DNA of 39,782 nucleotides, from contig NC_068995.1 in the NCBI RefSeq assembly GCF_001194135.2, forward strand, positions 12,192,626 to 12,232,407. Reading direction: 5' to 3'. Made by a program: the position numbers and the translations under genes. Positions within the stretch are counted from its first letter, which is position 1; each line of letters begins with the position of its first letter. The stretch comes from Octopus bimaculoides (Eukaryota). The notes beneath the pieces were generated by a model. The model searched no databases. It had not been told where the DNA came from and saw only the letters and a list, made by a program, of their open reading frames with translations. Positions 37,828 through 39,782 of this stretch are shown piece by piece.

Positions 37828-38871
37828 GATATATACATATGAATATATATGGGCAGAAATGTTCTCAAATCACGTATGATATGATAGTACTTAAACTGAA
37901 ATACTGCTGGAAATCAATAAAATATTTGGGTAGATATTTCCTGATCAACAAGAATTTATTCATGTCAAGAATTCTCGGACCATTTTCAACAATGTCTGCT
38001 TTTCTTTGATGAAACATAATCCTATGTGACGGAAAGGAAATATAATCAGGATGGAGTAAAACGCTTCCTGACTACTACACCGAAATACCAAATGCAAAGC
38101 TTTTGCTTTGTTCGCAACTAATCTAATTTCCAAGTTATTTCGAAGAAAGTTGACTGAGTTTTTGTCATATCTTATTTATCAATTTAGTAAATACGAAAGA
38201 GATTAAAGAATTTAGTTTGTTGTCTTCAGGAATTTCCAGTCAGTTAGTCTATATGTGGGTTATCTCTCCTACATATATNNNNNNNNNNNNNNNNNNNNNN
38301 NNNNNNNNNNNNNNNNNNNNNNNNNNNNNNNNNNNNNNNNNNNNNNNNNNNNNNNNNNNNNNNNNNNNNNNNNNNNNNNNNNNNNNNNNNNNNNNNNNNN
38401 NNNNNNNNNNNNNNNNNNNNNNNNNNNNNNNNNNNNNNNNNNNNNNNNNNNNNNNNNNNNNNNNNNNNNNNNNNNNNNNNNNNNNNNNNNNNNNNNNNNN
38501 NNNNNNNNNNNNNNNNNNNNNNNNNNNNNNNNNNNNNNNNNNNNNNNNNNNNNNNNNNNNNNNNNNNNNNNNNNNNNNNNNNNNNNNNNNNNNNNNNNNN
38601 NNNNNNNNNNNNNNNNNNNNNNNNNNNNNNNNNNNNNNNNNNNNNNNNNNNNNNNNNNNNNNNNNNNNNNNNNNNNNNNNNNNNNNNNNNNNNNNNNNNN
38701 NNNNNNNNNNNNNNNNNNNNNNNNNNNNNNNNNNNNNNNNNNNNNTATATATATATATATATATGCATACACACACGTATACACACGTACAAATGTGTAT
38801 TTATATATACATATACGTAAATATATATGTGTGTGTATATATATATATGTATGTGTTTCTTTGTGTGTAAG

Positions 38872-39395
38872 GATGAATGGACGGATGTATACGTGTGCGG
38901 GTTTACATACAGAAACAGAAGTTCTTGTCCAAATTCTTCACAAATTTGTTTTGCAATCACGTGGTTCCAGGTTCGTGCTCCTTGCCTGGTATATTTGAAA
39001 GGTGTAATTTCTTCTTGTAGGATCGATCTACCGATAAAATTTGACTGATTTTGGTCAGATGGAATGTAATATAGAATCCCATCGAGGGACGCGCGCTAGC
39101 ACGCGCACACACGCGTTCATGTATACATGTACGTATACATATACATAAATATATACATGTGTGTATGTTTGTTTGCGTGTGTGTGCATATTGAACAATGT
39201 GTGATCTTTATATTGATGAATAGATGGGTGTATTTATGAGTGTGTTTTTGCATACAGAAACATAGGTCTTTGTCCAAATGGCTCGCCAACTTTATTTTGC
39301 TGCCACGTGGTCCCAGATTCGCTCGTTTCATCTGTTTATACTGGACAACTGTAATTTCCTCTCGTATAAGAGCGACCCGTAAAAGGTGACTGAAA
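38872..39395. repeat. Diverged direct duplication of ~170 bp, 345 bp apart
   Basis: CATACAGAAACA..TTGTCCAAAT..TTTTGC..CACGTGGT.CCAG.TTCG..TGTAATTTC starts at 38906 and 39251. Confidence 0.75.
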
Positions 39396-39782
39396 TTTTC
39401 GGAAGGAAAAAAACAATTTAGAATCACATCGAGTTCAATGTACCTGACATTCAAGCTGAAACATTCTGCCCTTACATTGTGGTTTTGCTGATTCTTCGTG
39501 GGAAAAAAGTCAAGTGTAGATGCGTGTGAGGAATGCACAGCTAATACTACGTTAATTCAAGAGGAGGTAATTCGCTGATTGCTCTACCAAACCCTCGTCG
39601 TCGTCGAAAGATGGAGATCCATCCCCTACATCACTGCCACAACAAACACATAACACAAACACACACAAGCACAAACACACACAAACACACGCACACACGT
39701 GTGTGTGTGTGTGTATGTGTGTCTGTTTATGTCTCTGTGTGTTTTCGTGAGCATTTATATATATATATATATATATATATAT

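Noticed and set aside
38957-39538. 193 aa minus-strand ORF
   Set aside because: Crosses microsatellites and the non-coding duplication; no recognisable domain.

Overview
This is eukaryotic, AT-rich, repeat-dense non-coding DNA (intronic or intergenic) from a short-read draft assembly, with 16 N-gaps, most flanked by (TA)n/(CA)n microsatellites. The SINE and LINE sequences resemble repeats I recall from Octopus genomes; this is an inference from memory, not a database result. Almost all ORFs in the supplied track are artefacts of microsatellites or N-runs. The best-supported content is: (1) two decayed minus-strand 3' fragments of restriction-like-endonuclease (RLE, R4/Dong-type) non-LTR retrotransposons; (2) five copies of a tRNA-derived SINE with a shared core and different tails, plus fragments of other SINE-like repeats; (3) a MITE-like inverted repeat with flipped inner hairpins; (4) several old minisatellites and duplications; (5) a CpG-rich ~210 bp island with mutually exclusive stems. 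Short candidate exons with good splice signals occur on both strands, but no host gene could be identified. I found no rRNA, true tRNA, CRISPR array or prokaryotic-type system, and I cannot support a claim of a new biological system beyond the hypotheses listed.
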